Shown here: piece after piece, positions 36,380 through 37,606 of the stretch
Numbering within the stretch: position 1 is the first letter of the stretch
Layout: each line of letters opens with the position of its first letter
Source: an uncultured Candidatus Saccharibacteria bacterium
Lineage (GTDB): Bacteria > Patescibacteriota > Minisyncoccia > Phycocordibacterales > DATDWN01
Assembly (NCBI GenBank): GCA_964469605.1
Contig: CAYXZA010000004.1
Location: 1-37,606 of the forward strand
Length of the DNA stretch: 37,606 nt
Direction of reading: 5' to 3'
The notes under the pieces: model-generated
The model's database searches: none
The model's input: only the letters and a program-made list of their open reading frames with translations
Told to the model about the DNA's origin: nothing
Made by a program: the position numbers and the translations under genes

Positions 36380-37420
36380 ATGAAATCACAAAAAACAAAC
36401 ATTTCTTTTAAACCAAAACAGGTAACAAAATCACTTCTTTCAGTTCTATCAAAAAGAGCATCTGATGTTATATCTGGTAGATACGGTCTTGGTTCTGATA
36501 CAAAGAAAATGACTTTGGAATCTATTGGAAAAAAATACAAGATAACAAGAGAAAGAGTCAGACAGATAGAAAATAATTCTATTTCAAATATAAGAAAATC
36601 TAAAGAATATGAAAAATCCAAAGAAGTTTTTACTGAACTAAAAAACATAGTCAAATCATTAGGTTCTGTTATATCTGAGGAAGAACTTTTGGAAAATATA
36701 TCAAAAGATAAATCCACTATAAACCACATACATTTTCTTTTTGTGATAGGGGAAGATTTTGTCAAAGAAAAAGAAGATGAACATTTTAGACATAGATGGC
36801 ACATAGACAAAGAACTGTCTAAAAAAATACACGAAGCAATAAAAAATCTATACACATCTATTGGAGATGATGAGATTTTGACTGAATCTGAAATGATAAA
36901 AAACTTTCTTGGTCAAATAGAAAATTTGTCAGAAGAATACAAAAATGAAGAAATTGCAAAAAGATGGCTTAGAATATCTAAAAAAATCGGACAAAATAAG
37001 CTTGGTGAATGGGGAAAAACAGACTCTCCAAATATAAACACAAAAGGAATGAGAGATTATGCATTTTTAGTTATAAGAAAACACGGTTCTCCTATACATT
37101 TTAGAGAAGTTGCTAAACTGATATACCAATGGTTTAACAAAAAAGCCCACACAGCAACTACACACAATGAACTAATAAAAGATCCTAGATTTGTTTTGGT
37201 TGGAAGGGGACTTTATGCTCTATCTGAATGGGGATATATGTCAGGAGTAGTAAAAGATGTCATAAAAAATATGCTTCAAAAACATGGACCAATGACAAAA
37301 GATCAGATAGTGGACAAGGTTATGAAAGAAAGATATGTAAAAGAAAATACTATAATGGTCAATCTGCAAAACAGCAAAGTCTTTAAAAAGACAAAGGATG
37401 GTAAATACTCCGTTGCATAA
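36380..37420 (+). CDS. DNA-binding protein with an N-terminal sigma-70 region-4-type HTH and a C-terminal HARE-HTH-like winged helix
   Basis: MTLESIGKKYKITRERVRQIE matches the sigma70 region 4.2 HTH signature. C-terminal PRFVLVGRGLYALSEWGY resembles the HARE-HTH (RNAP delta/RpoE-type) motif. Sigma regions 2 and 3 are absent. Confidence 0.6.
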   Translation: MKSQKTNISFKPKQVTKSLLSVLSKRASDVISGRYGLGSDTKKMTLESIGKKYKITRERVRQIENNSISNIRKSKEYEKSKEVFTELKNIVKSLGSVISEEELLENISKDKSTINHIHFLFVIGEDFVKEKEDEHFRHRWHIDKELSKKIHEAIKNLYTSIGDDEILTESEMIKNFLGQIENLSEEYKNEEIAKRWLRISKKIGQNKLGEWGKTDSPNINTKGMRDYAFLVIRKHGSPIHFREVAKLIYQWFNKKAHTATTHNELIKDPRFVLVGRGLYALSEWGYMSGVVKDVIKNMLQKHGPMTKDQIVDKVMKERYVKENTIMVNLQNSKVFKKTKDGKYSVA

Positions 37421-37456
37421 AACCTTATTTTCTTGTTTGTATAAAAATAAAAAAAC

Positions 37457-37485
37457 TTGACAGAAAAAATATTCTGATATATACT
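37457..37485 (+). promoter_or_regulatory. sigma70-like promoter TTGACA-17-TATACT
   Basis: TTGACA 37457-37462, 17-nt spacer, TATACT 37480-37485. Confidence 0.5.
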
Positions 37486-37492
37486 TTATTTA

Positions 37493-37606
37493 GGTGGGAG
37501 TTGAGCACTAAAGTGCCGTGCAAGTTGATGGACTCGTCCATTCAGAGACTTGCAGATCCAAAACAACTCCCGCCTAAAATTATAAGAAGGTGCCCACAAG
37601 GCACCT
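37493..37606 (+). ncRNA. candidate structured small RNA or riboswitch-like leader; the terminator hairpin runs to the window edge
   Basis: Closing stem ggtgggagttg/caactcccgcc (one G-U). Encloses hairpin gcactaaagtgc and stem gcaagt..acttgc around ggactcgtcc. Followed by aaggtgcccacaaggcacc hairpin at the window end. No ORF. Confidence 0.45.

Noticed and set aside
36307-36855. 182-aa - strand ORF overlapping the start of the sigma-r4/HARE-HTH gene.
   Set aside because: Its Cys/Phe/Ser-rich, low-complexity translation runs antisense to a gene with recognisable domains and extends into the upstream promoter region.
1-37606. CRISPR array, rRNA genes, and transposase or integrase genes.
   Set aside because: No regularly spaced direct repeats, no rRNA-like conserved blocks, and no ORF with transposase or integrase motifs (DDE, tyrosine recombinase R..H..RH..Y) were seen.

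Overview
The window is AT-rich and densely coding, with short proteins and tight gene coupling. This is the style of a reduced-genome bacterium, possibly a CPR/Patescibacteria-like lineage (inference only). Most of it is core housekeeping. The + strand carries frr, rseP, proS, mreB, mreC, an mreD-like gene, PBP2/mrdA, ychF, pth and gyrA. The - strand carries mltG, then trxB, ftsZ, ftsA, ybeY, rpsU, a HisRS-like gene and lepB, and then rpsA. No rRNA, tRNA, CRISPR array or transposase gene was found. Four things are not explained by ordinary annotation. First, an operon-like block at 30.0-34.3 kb: a SAM-methyltransferase, a membrane-anchored MalE-like solute-binding protein, and six tandem paralogous small signal-peptide proteins with two hydrophobic helices. 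Their architecture resembles VirB2/TrbC-type conjugative pilins, but no secretion ATPases are in the window. Second, a 694-aa Trp-rich protein of unknown family with locally raised GC, next to a promoter-driven hairpin plus tRNA-like fragment. Third, several GC-rich structured non-coding modules in an AT-rich background, each with promoter-like and terminator-like flanks (100-530, 2280-2915, 25925-26050, 37457-37606). Fourth, a HisRS paralog with degenerate catalytic motifs sitting inside a conserved lepB-rpsU-ybeY-ftsA-ftsZ cluster. Protein calls rest on motifs I can read in the supplied translations. No database search was run.
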